From the NCBI GenBank assembly GCA_022509065.1, contig JAFLTY010000003.1, positions 1,900 through 65,899 on the forward strand: a DNA stretch of 64,000 nucleotides. The letters are read 5' to 3'. The notes under the pieces are model-generated. The model was given only the letters and a program-made list of their open reading frames with translations, was not told the origin of the DNA and ran no database searches. Below, piece by piece: positions 18,216-28,814 of the stretch (position 1 is its first letter; each line of letters begins with the position of its first letter). Source of the stretch: Muribaculaceae bacterium (GTDB taxonomy: Bacteria; Bacteroidota; Bacteroidia; Bacteroidales; Muribaculaceae). The position numbers and the translations under genes are program-made.

Positions 18216-19787
18216 TTACTCTGCGTTTTCTGCGTTTTCTTCGCCACCTTCTTCATCGTCTTCGTCACCACCGTTTATGATAGTGTCTTCACTTTCTTTA
18301 CCGATGGTACGTATGCGGCGGTTGTTATGGTCAAGTACATAGAAACGTTCGCGGGTCTCGTCGTAGACAATGCCTGTCACATCGCGGAAACGTGCAGCGG
18401 TGCGCAAAGCGCCGTCTTCAGTGCCCCAGATGTTACCGTTGGTCGAGGGAGCGCGTCCTGCGTATGTGCGCACAATGCCTTCGGGAGTAATGTAACGGAC
18501 ACAGAAATTAAGACAGTCGGCAAAATAGAAGTCGTAAACATCCGACTTGCCTTCGTCAACATACTGCTGGTTTTTAACAAAGACACCCTGATAGGGACGG
18601 TTCACGCGGGCGTTAGTGCCAACGGCATCCACCCAGTTGCCACTGCCGTTAGAGCCGGCCATTACATACGGGGTCATGAATTCCTTCTTGTTCCAGTCGT
18701 AGTCCGAACGGAGTATATAGCTGCGGTTGATGACAACCAGATAAGCATAGTCGCCCGAGGGATGGATGATTGTGGCAAACTCGTACGAGGGGTCTTGAAT
18801 CTTGAAAAGTTCGCGGAATGCGCCATCTTCACGATAGCCCGTCCATCCGGCTACCTCGCCTGTTTCCGGATCGGGTTCGGTGGCCTTGAAATAGTCATCA
18901 AGTTCCATGCGGAAGAGTTCACCGTTACTGTAACTGTTGAAATAAACCTCTCCGTTGACCGGGTGCACAGCCACACCATTACATTGTTTATATGCGACAA
19001 GGGGTTGGCACGACGAACGGTCGCTGAAGGTGCCGTCTGAGTTGCGCGTTACAATCCACACACTTGTCGAGTTGAAGCCTTGGTCGGCACGGTCGGTCGA
19101 TACCAGCATATATTTGCCGTCGAGCGAGAAATCAACGTTACGCAAGCGTTGTGTTCCGAATTTGTTCGCTGTCATCAACGGTGTGCATTCGCGAGCGTCC
19201 AAATCCAGTTGAGCTATCATACCGGCTCCCTTATCGTATGTTATATACACGCGGTTGGGATAAAGCGGGTCGATTGCCAGCGTACCTTCGGCGTTAAATC
19301 CGGTGCAGACATCGAACGAACCCCACAGTTCACCTTGACTGTCGTTATCGTTCTGATAGCCGCAAAGAGTACCCACAACGGGCAGAGCGTCATAGACGAA
19401 TCTTTTCGAGCTAACAACCGAATGGGGATTATTGGCGCTGTCATAGACAGTCAGAACTATTTCGCCAGAAAATGCCTGCGGCGGAACGAAAGCGTAAAGC
19501 TTGTCGGACATCACATTGATGACCACAGCGTCTTTACCGCCAATGCTAAGCGAAATTTTGTCCTTATCATCACCGAAATTGCTACCCTTGATGATGATCT
19601 GCTCGTAAGCGCTGCCGTTCTCGGGTGTGAACGAGTCTATAACGACAGGTTTCGACGGGTCAAAGGGAACCGAGACATCGACTGTCTCCTCATCCTTGCA
19701 CGACGAAAGAAAACCACAGAAAAGCACGCCGAAAAGCATGACTTTACTCATGGCTTCCAGTTTTTTCTTAAGTTTGAAGTTTTTCAT
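18216..19787 (-). CDS. IPT/TIG-domain surface lipoprotein with beta-propeller (NHL-like) body and acidic tail
   Basis: Lipobox ...CGFLSSC. The IPT/TIG region is VIDSFTPENGSAYEQIIIKGSNFG...GGKDAVVINV. The C-terminal tail is GGDEDDEEGGEENAENAE. It is the first gene of the susC operon. Confidence 0.7.
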   Translation of the reverse strand: MKNFKLKKKLEAMSKVMLFGVLFCGFLSSCKDEETVDVSVPFDPSKPVVIDSFTPENGSAYEQIIIKGSNFGDDKDKISLSIGGKDAVVINVMSDKLYAFVPPQAFSGEIVLTVYDSANNPHSVVSSKRFVYDALPVVGTLCGYQNDNDSQGELWGSFDVCTGFNAEGTLAIDPLYPNRVYITYDKGAGMIAQLDLDARECTPLMTANKFGTQRLRNVDFSLDGKYMLVSTDRADQGFNSTSVWIVTRNSDGTFSDRSSCQPLVAYKQCNGVAVHPVNGEVYFNSYSNGELFRMELDDYFKATEPDPETGEVAGWTGYREDGAFRELFKIQDPSYEFATIIHPSGDYAYLVVINRSYILRSDYDWNKKEFMTPYVMAGSNGSGNWVDAVGTNARVNRPYQGVFVKNQQYVDEGKSDVYDFYFADCLNFCVRYITPEGIVRTYAGRAPSTNGNIWGTEDGALRTAARFRDVTGIVYDETRERFYVLDHNNRRIRTIGKESEDTIINGGDEDDEEGGEENAENAE

Positions 19788-19824
19788 TATTGGTTTTTGA
19801 TTGGTTTAGATTCTTTATCGACTA

Positions 19825-19832
19825 CAAATTTA
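19825..19832 (-). promoter_or_regulatory. Bacteroidetes -7 promoter box (TAAATTTG on minus strand) for TIG-susC operon
   Basis: The reverse complement of caaattta matches TAnnTTTG. It lies 37 nt upstream of the ATG at 19787. Confidence 0.5.
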
Positions 19833-19863
19833 TGTTCGATTTATAGCAACAAACAATAAAATG

Positions 19864-19893
19864 TGTTCAAATAAGTGAAATTTCTGTTCAAAT
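19864..19893 (-). promoter_or_regulatory. Direct repeat operator candidate: 2 x TGTTCAAAT (sense ATTTGAACA), 21-bp spacing, 31 nt from -7 box
   Basis: Perfect 9-mers at 19864-19872 and 19885-19893. The same geometry occurs at three other promoters in the window. Confidence 0.55.
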
Positions 19894-19993
19894 CGCTTGT
19901 TTTAGCGCTTATAAAAGGCTTGAAAAACATTCTTGCCCAATTATTCATGTTATATGACACAATTTTTTTATTTCACATTTTATTAAATTTTTG

Positions 19994-20001
19994 TATTTTT
20001 G
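19994..20001 (+). promoter_or_regulatory. Possible -7 box (TATTTTTG) for the GH43-like gene
   Basis: TAnnTTTG match directly upstream of the in-frame ATGs at 20005, 20014 and 20023. Confidence 0.3.
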
Positions 20002-20013
20002 CGCATGTCAACC

Positions 20014-21033
20014 ATGAAAAATATGAAAATATTAGTCTATATCGCCGCCCTCTGTTTAATTTTTCTTAGCGGATGTTCCAAAAAAGCCGAAACTGTAAGC
20101 CAACAGCCAACACTGCTTTTTGAAGGAGCGGCATATCCTAATATAACCTTTCACAACGGCAAATATTATTTCACTTGCCAGAGTCCCGACATTAATTTAT
20201 ATGTGGCGGATAACATTGACTCGCTTGCCACCGCGTCGCCCATTGTCATACTCAACGGCGCAGAAAACGGCATGATGAATATATGGTCTCCCGAAATTTC
20301 CCGCATAGGCGACAAATGGTATATATATTTCGAGGCAGACGACGGCAATACCGACAACCACCAGCTGTATGTGCTTGAAAACACGGAAGAAGACCCGCTG
20401 GAAGGCGAATGGTCTCTACATGGCCCCATTATCACCAACGAAGAGTGGAACTTCGGCATTCATCCCTCAACCTTTAACATCGGTGAACGTCAGTTCCTGT
20501 TATGGTCGGGCTGGGAGCATCGTCGCGCCGAAACAGAGACGCAATGTATTTTTATAGCCGAAATGGAAAATCCATGGACTCTCAAGTCGGGACGTGTCCT
20601 GTTGTCGCGTCCGCAGTATGAATGGGAAAGACAGTGGATAACTCCCTATGGCACACGCAGCGCATACCCGATTTTTGTGAACGAGAACCCGGAAGGGTTC
20701 CTGTCACCGGACAGCAGTCGGGTTTTCATAGCATATTCGGCCAGCGGTATATGGACACCCTACTCCATCGTAGGAATGCTTCATGCCGATGTCAATTCCG
20801 ATTTGCTTGAGCCGGCTTCGTGGACAAAATTGCCCGAACCCATGTCGCCCGTCTACGACACCAACAGCGACATTGTGGGTATATCAAACATTTCTGTCAT
20901 AACGCCGACGCCCGACGAACCGACCCTGGTCCTTTTCCAGGGACATCATCTTGTCGACGATCAGAAATACTCTGACATTTATGTACAGAATGTGACTTGG
21001 TCACCCGACGGACTTCCATCTTTCAATTTTTAA
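20014..21033 (+). CDS. GH43-like five-bladed beta-propeller glycosidase (lipoprotein)
   Basis: IWSPEISRIGDKWYIYFEADDG...HQLYVLEN...DPLEGEW and ...VNENPEGF are GH43-type blocks. Signal is MKNMKILVYIAALCLIFLSGC. The track start 19999 is a TTG that overlaps the putative -7 box, so the start is uncertain (20005, 20014 or 20023). Confidence 0.6.
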   Translation: MKNMKILVYIAALCLIFLSGCSKKAETVSQQPTLLFEGAAYPNITFHNGKYYFTCQSPDINLYVADNIDSLATASPIVILNGAENGMMNIWSPEISRIGDKWYIYFEADDGNTDNHQLYVLENTEEDPLEGEWSLHGPIITNEEWNFGIHPSTFNIGERQFLLWSGWEHRRAETETQCIFIAEMENPWTLKSGRVLLSRPQYEWERQWITPYGTRSAYPIFVNENPEGFLSPDSSRVFIAYSASGIWTPYSIVGMLHADVNSDLLEPASWTKLPEPMSPVYDTNSDIVGISNISVITPTPDEPTLVLFQGHHLVDDQKYSDIYVQNVTWSPDGLPSFNF

Positions 21034-21097
21034 CGTTATTGGTGCTGATGTGCTGACCGCACTGACCTATGTGCGTCGCCCCTGCATGCATTGCCAG

Positions 21098-24000
21098 TCA
21101 GGACTCAGCTCCCTCTGTTTGCGGAGGATAATCGCTTGGGAGCACACCGAATTTTTCACGGAAACATTTTGCGAAATAGGATGACGAGGTGAATCCCACC
21201 CTCTCTGAAACCTCTGTAACACGATAACCGTCGCGCAACAGCTGAGCGGCGTGGTTGAGGCGGAAGTTTTTAAGATACTCGTTGGGCGACATTCCTGTGA
21301 CCGCTGTTATCTTACGGTAGAAACTTGACCGGCTCATATTGAGGCGCTGTGCCAACAGGTCGATAGAAAATTCTTCGTTGTTTATCGACTCGGTAATGAG
21401 AGCGTTCATCTTTTCAAGGAACTCGGCATCCATCTTATTAAGACCTGCCATAGGCGACTTCGCATCGGGCAGATTGTTCTCGGAAGCCAGTTTCTCATAA
21501 ATAAGTCGGCGTGATTTCAACAGATTCTCTATTTGCAGGACAAGTTGTCGCATCGGGAACGGTTTCTCCAGATATACCTCGGCGCCACACATCAGTCCCT
21601 CCTCGTGTGCTTCGGGCGACGTCATGGCGGTGAGCAACACAAAGGGTATATGCGAGTAGTTGATATCGCCCTTAACTTTACGACACAACTCCAACCCGTC
21701 CATAACATCCATCATGACATCACTCACAATGATATCAATCTTATTGTCTTTCAGGACATCGAGCGCTTGCTGTCCATTCGATGCCGAAACGACGGTATAA
21801 TGACTGGCAAGCGTTTCGGTAATCATTTCGCGAAGGTCATCGTTGTCGTCCACAAGTAACACCGTTACATCCTGACGGGTTGCCACAGCATCCTCTCGCT
21901 CGTTAAAATCATCGTATTCTTTATCGTTAACAACCTCGAGATTATCGCCTTTCGGAATAGTAAGCGTAAACAAGGCACCTCCGTCTTCGGCACTTTCACC
22001 CACGATGATGTTTCCGCCATGCGCGTTGGCTATAAGCTTGGCGTAAGCGAGTCCAAGCCCGGTACCGAGAGTAGCGGCAACCTTATCGTTACCAATCTGG
22101 TAGTAAGTGTCAAAGATGCGCTCGCGCTCTGCTTCAGGTACACCGGGACCGTCATCGGCCACGGTCAGCTCTACAGTGCCGTCTTCTGTCTCCCGTAACG
22201 ATATGACCAATCGCGATTTAGCATATTTCATACCGTTGCCCAGCAAGTTCATAAACAGGCGTTCTATCTTATCGACATCGATAGTGGCACGCACATCATC
22301 CTCTGGCAGACGCAATACAAGATCCTTGCCTCGCACTCGCATGGGCTCTTCGAAACGCCGGTATATGTTACGCAACATATCCGAGACGTTGCAACGCGAA
22401 AGATTCAACCTTATCTCACTGTCACTTTCCGCACGGCGAAAATCCAACAGTTGGTTAGTAATACCAAGGAGATAGTCGATGTTGCGTTGCATTGACTTGA
22501 TATATTTGTCATTGGAGCTCTTGTTGTCAGATGGCTTCCCGGTTGTGGTCTCGCCGGCAAGCTGTTCCAGAGGCAGACTGATGAGCATAAGGGGCGTCCG
22601 TATCTCATGCACCAGGTCGACAAAGTAGCGGGTCTTGGCTTCGAAAACCTCGCGTTCCTTCTGCACTTGCACTTCCTGCATTTTTCGTTGCAGATTCCTT
22701 TGCACCAGTACGCGTCCTATCTTATAGGCCATCCAACCGAGCAGAATCAGCAAGATAAGATACGCCAAGAACGCCCAGTCGGTACGATACCATGGAGGAA
22801 GTATCGAGACACCCATGCGCGTAACCTCGGCATCCTTAAGTCCATGAGGACGTAGCAGAAACTCGTAATTTCCCGGCGACAGATTGTTATATGTCACTTC
22901 AGCTACGTTCGACCCTATTACCCATCCTTTGTCAATGCCTTCGAGCATATAGTCATAGCGCAAGTCGGATTCGCTGAGCGGTCTAATCGCGGCAAAACTT
23001 ATCGTAAAGGTATTGTCGGTATAGGGTAATTTAATATTATCCCGTGTATATAACGGCACGTTCAGGTTACGGCTGCTAAGTTCGTCCGAGTCATCGGGGA
23101 GAACCGGCAACGACAGAGCCAGAGGATATACTCTTGGCTTGTAATCATATTTTTGCAAACTGGCGGGGTTGAACAACATAAGCCCGTCGACACAACCGAT
23201 AGCCATCCAACCCTTGTCAAGGACAATAGCGGGACTACTGACAGGTATCTGGGCAGCTTGACGTGAAAAGTTAAAATAGCGATGGTTATCACCTTCGTCA
23301 GCCCTTACGAGCCATTCATCGGTTCCAAGCCAAATATTGCCAAGGTCGTCCGACCCCATAAAAGCTGTCAGCACATTATTCACCGCGGGCATTTCTATCT
23401 GTCTGAAATCCTCGATGCTGTCGTTATAAACGTATATTTCACCCTTTGATGATGCAGCCCATATACGTTTTTCGTTATCAAAAGCGAAAGCTGTTATCGG
23501 CGATGTATTAAGCGACTTACACCAGAAAGCGCGACTGAACCGCGGGTCATCGGGGCGACGGTAGTACAACCCGTTGTTCGAGGACGATATCCAAATACCA
23601 CCCGCATTGTCCTCCTGCATGCCCATGGCACGTGTATTCTGTTCGAACTCGGGTAGTTGCGGAAAATTGTCTCCTGCCTCGTCATAACGACACACACCCC
23701 AGTCGGTAAGAACGAGAATCTGACCCGATCGGGTGCATCCGATATGATTTATATTATTGCTTATGACAGTGTAGGGCTTATTCGGGTCGTATGTATAATG
23801 ACTTATAATGCCGTTGCGTGTGTCACACTTGTATATGCCGTCGTTGTGTGTTCCTATCCATAATTCCTCGCCTTTAAGCACCATGGTGGTCACAGACACA
23901 TCAGACAAATCGGTCACTATCGAAGGTCGGAATTGACGACTCGCGATATCGAAGACGCACACCCCGTCGTCAGTGCCTACCCATATTACATCGCGGCGAG

Positions 24001-25084
24001 GCGCAAAGGCCATCGCCCTTATGGCCGAATTAGCTTTCGGCAATCCCGTACCTTCCCATCCGACAAAGATAAAGGGCATTGAGCGCGTCATCAGTAGTTC
24101 CAAACCGCCAATACTTCTGACAACGATAAGGTTTCCGTCAGAGTCTTCTATCACCGATACGATAGGAGTGACCCCCGACGTGCTCGAGTTATATTGGCTG
24201 ACTTCGTTGAACTTTCCACTGATAGTCCCATACTGCCAGATACCTTCGTCACTGCTGATAAACAGCGAGCCGTCAGGCCGTGTTATCAAAGAGTTAGCCA
24301 CACCGATAAATCCGGGGGTGGAGATGGCTTTAATCTCGCCGGTCAAGCCCTCAAGAACATATAGACCGTTTCCCGAAGTCACCCAGAGGTCACGACCCGA
24401 AGGAGACAGCAATACGGCGTTTTTACTATTGACAAATCCGGGAATATGATATGACTTAATCATTTCGCCGTTGTCGTCGAACGACTGTATGTCGCCATCA
24501 AAAGTTGCCGCGTAAATAAGACCGTCGGCGCCTGTCACTATATCGCTATAGAATGACCCGTGGCGGCTGTTCTGTTTGAGCTCTGACTCAGAAGGGTCGT
24601 ATAAAAATACGCCTTGACCGAGGGTTCCTATCCATATCTTACCTTTTTCGCCGGCTATCACTCCGCTTACCTGAGAGCTTATGGTAACACCATATTTTGT
24701 GGTTGCAATAAATTTCTCAATAGTATTGTTGGCGCGGTCGTAAGTATAAAGCCCTTTATCGGTGCCTATCCACACCTTGTCACCATCCTCATAAAATGTC
24801 AGCACGGACATTCCCGAGATATTTTGTAACACTCGCGATTGGTTGCCAAAAACCGGCATACCGTTACCGTCGAAACACTCCAATCCGGAAGCTGTCCCTA
24901 CCCATAAAAATCCATATCGGTCGCGGAAGGCGCTAAGATTTTCTGTTTTATTCGCAACATCTGTCTTGATAATTTCGAAAATGGGAGAAGCGGCGAAAGA
25001 CACCTGACAGAAAAGACACCCAAGCAAGAGTACGCACATTGTGCGCAGTTTAAAAATCGATGTTTTTGTAGCTTTTTTATTCAT
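21098..25084 (-). CDS. Hybrid two-component system (HTCS) sensor kinase / response regulator with AraC-type HTH output
   Basis: The periplasmic region has beta-propeller repeats and a Y_Y_Y-like part. A TM segment follows, then H-box HEIRTPL, ATPase G-boxes DDGPGV and GTGLGLAYAK, and receiver LLVDDNDD...SDVMMDVMDG. The C-terminal AraC HTH reads SPNEYLKNFRLNHAAQLL. The ATG at 25084 gives MNKKATKTSIFKLRTMCVLLLGCLF. Confidence 0.9.
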   Translation of the reverse strand: MNKKATKTSIFKLRTMCVLLLGCLFCQVSFAASPIFEIIKTDVANKTENLSAFRDRYGFLWVGTASGLECFDGNGMPVFGNQSRVLQNISGMSVLTFYEDGDKVWIGTDKGLYTYDRANNTIEKFIATTKYGVTISSQVSGVIAGEKGKIWIGTLGQGVFLYDPSESELKQNSRHGSFYSDIVTGADGLIYAATFDGDIQSFDDNGEMIKSYHIPGFVNSKNAVLLSPSGRDLWVTSGNGLYVLEGLTGEIKAISTPGFIGVANSLITRPDGSLFISSDEGIWQYGTISGKFNEVSQYNSSTSGVTPIVSVIEDSDGNLIVVRSIGGLELLMTRSMPFIFVGWEGTGLPKANSAIRAMAFAPRRDVIWVGTDDGVCVFDIASRQFRPSIVTDLSDVSVTTMVLKGEELWIGTHNDGIYKCDTRNGIISHYTYDPNKPYTVISNNINHIGCTRSGQILVLTDWGVCRYDEAGDNFPQLPEFEQNTRAMGMQEDNAGGIWISSSNNGLYYRRPDDPRFSRAFWCKSLNTSPITAFAFDNEKRIWAASSKGEIYVYNDSIEDFRQIEMPAVNNVLTAFMGSDDLGNIWLGTDEWLVRADEGDNHRYFNFSRQAAQIPVSSPAIVLDKGWMAIGCVDGLMLFNPASLQKYDYKPRVYPLALSLPVLPDDSDELSSRNLNVPLYTRDNIKLPYTDNTFTISFAAIRPLSESDLRYDYMLEGIDKGWVIGSNVAEVTYNNLSPGNYEFLLRPHGLKDAEVTRMGVSILPPWYRTDWAFLAYLILLILLGWMAYKIGRVLVQRNLQRKMQEVQVQKEREVFEAKTRYFVDLVHEIRTPLMLISLPLEQLAGETTTGKPSDNKSSNDKYIKSMQRNIDYLLGITNQLLDFRRAESDSEIRLNLSRCNVSDMLRNIYRRFEEPMRVRGKDLVLRLPEDDVRATIDVDKIERLFMNLLGNGMKYAKSRLVISLRETEDGTVELTVADDGPGVPEAERERIFDTYYQIGNDKVAATLGTGLGLAYAKLIANAHGGNIIVGESAEDGGALFTLTIPKGDNLEVVNDKEYDDFNEREDAVATRQDVTVLLVDDNDDLREMITETLASHYTVVSASNGQQALDVLKDNKIDIIVSDVMMDVMDGLELCRKVKGDINYSHIPFVLLTAMTSPEAHEEGLMCGAEVYLEKPFPMRQLVLQIENLLKSRRLIYEKLASENNLPDAKSPMAGLNKMDAEFLEKMNALITESINNEEFSIDLLAQRLNMSRSSFYRKITAVTGMSPNEYLKNFRLNHAAQLLRDGYRVTEVSERVGFTSSSYFAKCFREKFGVLPSDYPPQTEGAES

Positions 25085-25092
25085 AAAGTACA

Positions 25093-25100
25093 CAAAGATA
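25093..25100 (-). promoter_or_regulatory. Possible -7 box (TATCTTTG on minus strand) for HTCS gene
   Basis: The reverse complement of caaagata matches TAnnTTTG. It is very close to the ATG at 25084, so it is uncertain. Confidence 0.25.
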
Positions 25101-25236
25101 CAAATTATTCGCAATTCATATGACAATCCGAAAGTTTTTTCATTCGTATCTGCCTTTTCAGACCCATTTCATGTTATTAAACTCTGCTATTTGGGAATGT
25201 TCTCCCCAAAAAACGTGACGCATGGATAGATATAAA

Positions 25237-25276
25237 AACGGAGGACCTCGCTAATCATGTCTATCGGTCCTCCGTT
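25237..25276 (-). terminator. Rho-independent-type terminator after the GH127/146 gene
   Basis: Perfect 11-bp arms AACGGAGGACC / GGTCCTCCGTT with an 18-nt loop. It is flanked by an A-run (plus strand, a T-run on minus) and a T-run, so it could act bidirectionally. Confidence 0.6.
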
Positions 25277-25427
25277 TTATTTGTTAACAGATTTTTTTGA
25301 CATTCAATCCCTTATAATAAAATATACTTATAGATAAGAAATTGTAATTATATCATTTTCAATGTGTCAAAGACACGTCCTTATATTTTCAGGGGAAATT
25401 TTAGGAATATAAGCGTCCGCCTTACTG

Positions 25428-27473
25428 TCAGTTTGCTCGAGGGAAAGCAGCTATTCTGAGTCGCGCCGCTCCCATAGGTATCAGTGTAATAGAAGTTTCC
25501 TGGTCGCTCTGTGGCACAAACTTGGTGGGCAACAGGTCGGTAAGACCGGTTTCGTCGTATCCCCACGAAGGGATTTGACGGCCTACAGCCTTAAATTCGA
25601 AAGGCACGCTTTCGGGGGTGAAAGGCATGTTGTCAGCAGGCCATTCTTTTTTTGTAACCACGAAATCAACTGGCAAGTTATTGTCATCGACTTTGAGAGC
25701 ATAGTTCCAAGCAGATCCGGGACGTAACACATAGCATGGCCACAACGAAGCGTCCACACCCTCCTGCCAATGCGAGTCATCCTGCACGAAATCGGTGTCG
25801 CGGCTATCATGAGGTTCTATTATCTCGTCTATCTTGAGCGACAGGGTCAACGGACCGTAGTTGACACTTACGCTCGATTTGTTTTGTTGCCACACATCGG
25901 CTGTAACCGACATGGGTAAGGTGAGGCGCACTTCGTCGCCATCTTTCCATTCCCGGTTGAGACGTATGTATTTCCCTTCGGCTGCGGCTATGTCCTGAGC
26001 CTCCCCGTTAACGGTCACCGAAGCGTCTTTCGCCCATGCGGGAACACGAAGATACAACGGGAAAGACACAGTGCCGTCGGTATTGACAGTTATGGCTACT
26101 GTCTCGTCAAAGGGATATTCTGTTTTCTGAGTCAGTGTCACTTTCTTTCCGTTCGCGACGTTTGCAGTCGTTGTATTGGCGGCATATAGCATTGTGGCGA
26201 GTCCCCCGTCGGCGGTGGCCATCACCAGATGCTCGGCGTAATATGGCCAACCCATACCGTGATTATGCTGGCAACAACGGCTACTGAAAGGGCTCATCGA
26301 AAGCATACCGCGTAAATTGTTATCAATGCCGGGTCCATGCAGTTTTTCGTCACTGATGGCCATATTGGCAGATGTGATGTACCGCAACGATTTCATGTCG
26401 GGCATCAAAGCGGCGGTAAACGAGTTCAAAGCTACGTTCTCGCAGTGATCCGCCCAGAAAGGGTCACCGGTTATGCCCATCAGTATCTCGTCACTGGCCA
26501 TGTGTTCGACAAGAGCGCATGTCTCGGCGCCTTGACGAGGATCGAAATATCCCGCGCGTGCATTCTCGTCGGCGGCATACATACCGCCGGGCATCTGTCC
26601 GTAGCGGACTCGCATGGTGTTAAAATTATCATAGGTATGACGTAACATGGCCTCGTCGCCGGTGTACATGTAATAGGTCGCCGGTTCGCGAAAACCCTGT
26701 GCAACGTTAACTCCGTGCCAGTTAGGCAGATCGTTGTCGAGCGTCCAGTCGGATGTGTTTCTGTGAAGCTTGTCAATGAGCGGCAGGACACTTTCGTCTC
26801 CCGTACGGTTATACAGCCATAGGACACTCCATAGGTTATCGCCACCACGTTTCTCCTGCCACAGCCCTTTGAGGAACTGTGAGTCGGGGACGGTCATCTC
26901 CCATTTGAAATAATTTGTCATAGCGTCAAGGACACGCTCATCACCGCTGTTTTCATAATATGTCTGAAGAGCCCAAAGCATAATCATCTGCGCCCACAGT
27001 TCGGGGTTACCGTTTTCGTAGTTGTGCGGTCCCAGGAAACCGTCTGACTTTAGATTGGACAGCACAGCGTCAAACCACACCTGCGCCTCTTTTTTCATTT
27101 CCTCGTCATCAAGGATATACGCCAGGCTGCAATAACCTCGCAACCAATATGGCACTTCTTCCCATCCGTGGTCGCCACTGTCGCTCAGCCATTGGTTATT
27201 GTTCTTATCCAACCATGCGCTTACAGTGCCAAGTTTGCCGTTAAGTCCCTCTTTTTGTAATTCGAGATACTGACGTAGCCAACCACCAGGTTGAACAGCA
27301 CCGACCGGCAACTTTAACAACGGAGCCTGCACGAGGGGTGCGCGGAAGTTGGTATAATTCTGATTAGTACCCTCTAAGGGTCGTTCGACCACTGTTGTCT
27401 GACCGCAAACCCCCATGGCACCTATTGACATGGCCAAGGCCGCAAGCACGGTTTTTATATTGATTTTGTTCAT
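25428..27473 (-). CDS. GH127/GH146-type (DUF1680) beta-L-arabinofuranosidase-like cysteine glycosidase
   Basis: GAETCALVEHM (Glu-x-Cys) and SRCCQHNHGMGW (Cys-Cys) match the Zn/Cys catalytic signature known for the GH127 enzyme HypBA1. It has a signal peptide. It starts only 29 nt after the stop of paralog A. Confidence 0.75.
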   Translation of the reverse strand: MNKINIKTVLAALAMSIGAMGVCGQTTVVERPLEGTNQNYTNFRAPLVQAPLLKLPVGAVQPGGWLRQYLELQKEGLNGKLGTVSAWLDKNNNQWLSDSGDHGWEEVPYWLRGYCSLAYILDDEEMKKEAQVWFDAVLSNLKSDGFLGPHNYENGNPELWAQMIMLWALQTYYENSGDERVLDAMTNYFKWEMTVPDSQFLKGLWQEKRGGDNLWSVLWLYNRTGDESVLPLIDKLHRNTSDWTLDNDLPNWHGVNVAQGFREPATYYMYTGDEAMLRHTYDNFNTMRVRYGQMPGGMYAADENARAGYFDPRQGAETCALVEHMASDEILMGITGDPFWADHCENVALNSFTAALMPDMKSLRYITSANMAISDEKLHGPGIDNNLRGMLSMSPFSSRCCQHNHGMGWPYYAEHLVMATADGGLATMLYAANTTTANVANGKKVTLTQKTEYPFDETVAITVNTDGTVSFPLYLRVPAWAKDASVTVNGEAQDIAAAEGKYIRLNREWKDGDEVRLTLPMSVTADVWQQNKSSVSVNYGPLTLSLKIDEIIEPHDSRDTDFVQDDSHWQEGVDASLWPCYVLRPGSAWNYALKVDDNNLPVDFVVTKKEWPADNMPFTPESVPFEFKAVGRQIPSWGYDETGLTDLLPTKFVPQSDQETSITLIPMGAARLRIAAFPRAN

Positions 27474-27502
27474 AAAGATACTGCTGTTTAGATAGGAGAT
27501 GA

Positions 27503-28801
27503 TTATTTGATAATTAATTTCTTTCCGTTTTGTATATATATACCGGGAGCAAGCCCTTTTGTGTCTGTGCTGATGTATCTTCCGTAAAGGTCATAAATCC
27601 GATTGTCGGCAAAGCTTTTCTCTTCGCTAACAGGGAAGAACACAAAGTTTTGACTATATGGCATTTCTACAGCGAGTCCATAGTCAATATGGCCACCTCC
27701 GGCACCTTGCATCAATGATACGGCAAGTATGTTATCGCCCTCGTGAAGCAACGCTTTCTGCTCAGCGTTGAAGTTAAGACGGGCGTAGTCGTTATCGTTC
27801 CAGCCGGAGGCACTCCATAGCTGCGTGCCGTTTAGATACATGACAGGGTTTTCGTCATAGCTGCATGTCATAACCACACGGGAGTCCTCGTTGTTAATAG
27901 CCGCCATGTCATCGGCTGTAAGCGTAAAATGCCGTCGGACAAGAATGGGTCGTACCTGGCTTGGCCATTCCGTGACAAGGAACATATTCCTGTCGTTACT
28001 GAACGGTCCCACACCTTCAATCCAGAAAGTCTCGTCCTCGTCGCTACCGAACCATTCGGCGCGCTCGGCAGGTTCGATGTCTGTGTTGTAGTTAAGTATA
28101 TAGTATTTGCAGGGCCATGAGCCATCGGCAACCGTGTGCAGCAAAGTCCTGGTGACGGTCACGTCGGCGCCGTAGAGTCCGCAGTCGGCGAAAGCGCCTC
28201 CCCAGTTCTGATGGACATGGACTGCAATTATATTTTCTCCTTGTTTTAACAATGCTTTCTTATCGTCAGAAAGAAGCACGTATTCGTCATTGTTCCAGCC
28301 GTCCGTGACGCTGTGAACCATTTCTCCGTTTATATACCATTCGGACGGCGCGTCATCGTGTCCGCATGCCAGATATACAGGGCTGTCAGGCACGTTATCG
28401 AGTGTGAAAGTGCGCCGCAAATAAATCTCACCGGTTATGTCCGATGTTATCCAACGATATGAAGTCTGGCCATTGTAAACGGCGTCCGAGCTGAACGGAG
28501 CCCGTTGGATGCTCCACCCTTCTTCACCGTTATATCCGGGCATGTACCATGCATTCCCCTCATCGTCGGCGCCCGGTGTCGCCCATATCCTGTTATAGTC
28601 GGCGTCTGCGTAACGTTTGCCTTCGTTAAACACCCATACATTCGCTTCATAAGGAAGTGCGGGCGTGTACTGAGATGAAGGTAGAATAATGTTGTTGGGA
28701 TTGAAAGTGCTTCGCAACTCGTCCGTTACAGCCATAGCGCTAAAAGATGTTGACACCATGACGAGAGCCACTAACATTCCGGGATATTTGTTTTGTAACA
28801 T
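27503..28801 (-). CDS. Paralog A: secreted protein made of two jelly-roll (galactose-binding-like) modules plus short T9SS-like tail
   Basis: Signal peptide. Module 1 ends AVHVHQNWGGAFADCGLYGAD and module 2 ends AVSLMQGAGGGHIDYGLAVEMP. The tail is NRIYDLYGRYIS...APGIYIQNGKKLIIK. It aligns with the N-terminal halves of paralogs B and C. Confidence 0.7.
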   Translation of the reverse strand: MLQNKYPGMLVALVMVSTSFSAMAVTDELRSTFNPNNIILPSSQYTPALPYEANVWVFNEGKRYADADYNRIWATPGADDEGNAWYMPGYNGEEGWSIQRAPFSSDAVYNGQTSYRWITSDITGEIYLRRTFTLDNVPDSPVYLACGHDDAPSEWYINGEMVHSVTDGWNNDEYVLLSDDKKALLKQGENIIAVHVHQNWGGAFADCGLYGADVTVTRTLLHTVADGSWPCKYYILNYNTDIEPAERAEWFGSDEDETFWIEGVGPFSNDRNMFLVTEWPSQVRPILVRRHFTLTADDMAAINNEDSRVVMTCSYDENPVMYLNGTQLWSASGWNDNDYARLNFNAEQKALLHEGDNILAVSLMQGAGGGHIDYGLAVEMPYSQNFVFFPVSEEKSFADNRIYDLYGRYISTDTKGLAPGIYIQNGKKLIIK

Positions 28802-28814
28802 ATAGGCTTTTTTA

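Noticed and set aside
18327-19859. 237-aa and 259-aa + strand ORFs overlapping the IPT/TIG gene
   Set aside because: They are antisense frames within a gene that has a clear lipoprotein signal and an IPT/TIG motif. The second would also run through the predicted promoter.
25085-25126. Longer N-terminal extensions given by the ORF track. The track starts are 3014, 5008, 7318, 19999, 25126, 31610, 45474, 54012, 60703, 63052 and 63127.
   Set aside because: The extensions I checked start at TTG or GTG codons (3014, 19999, 25126, 31610, 60703, 63052). All the listed extensions precede an in-frame ATG that yields a canonical signal peptide or family N-terminus. Several would overlap upstream genes or predicted promoter boxes.
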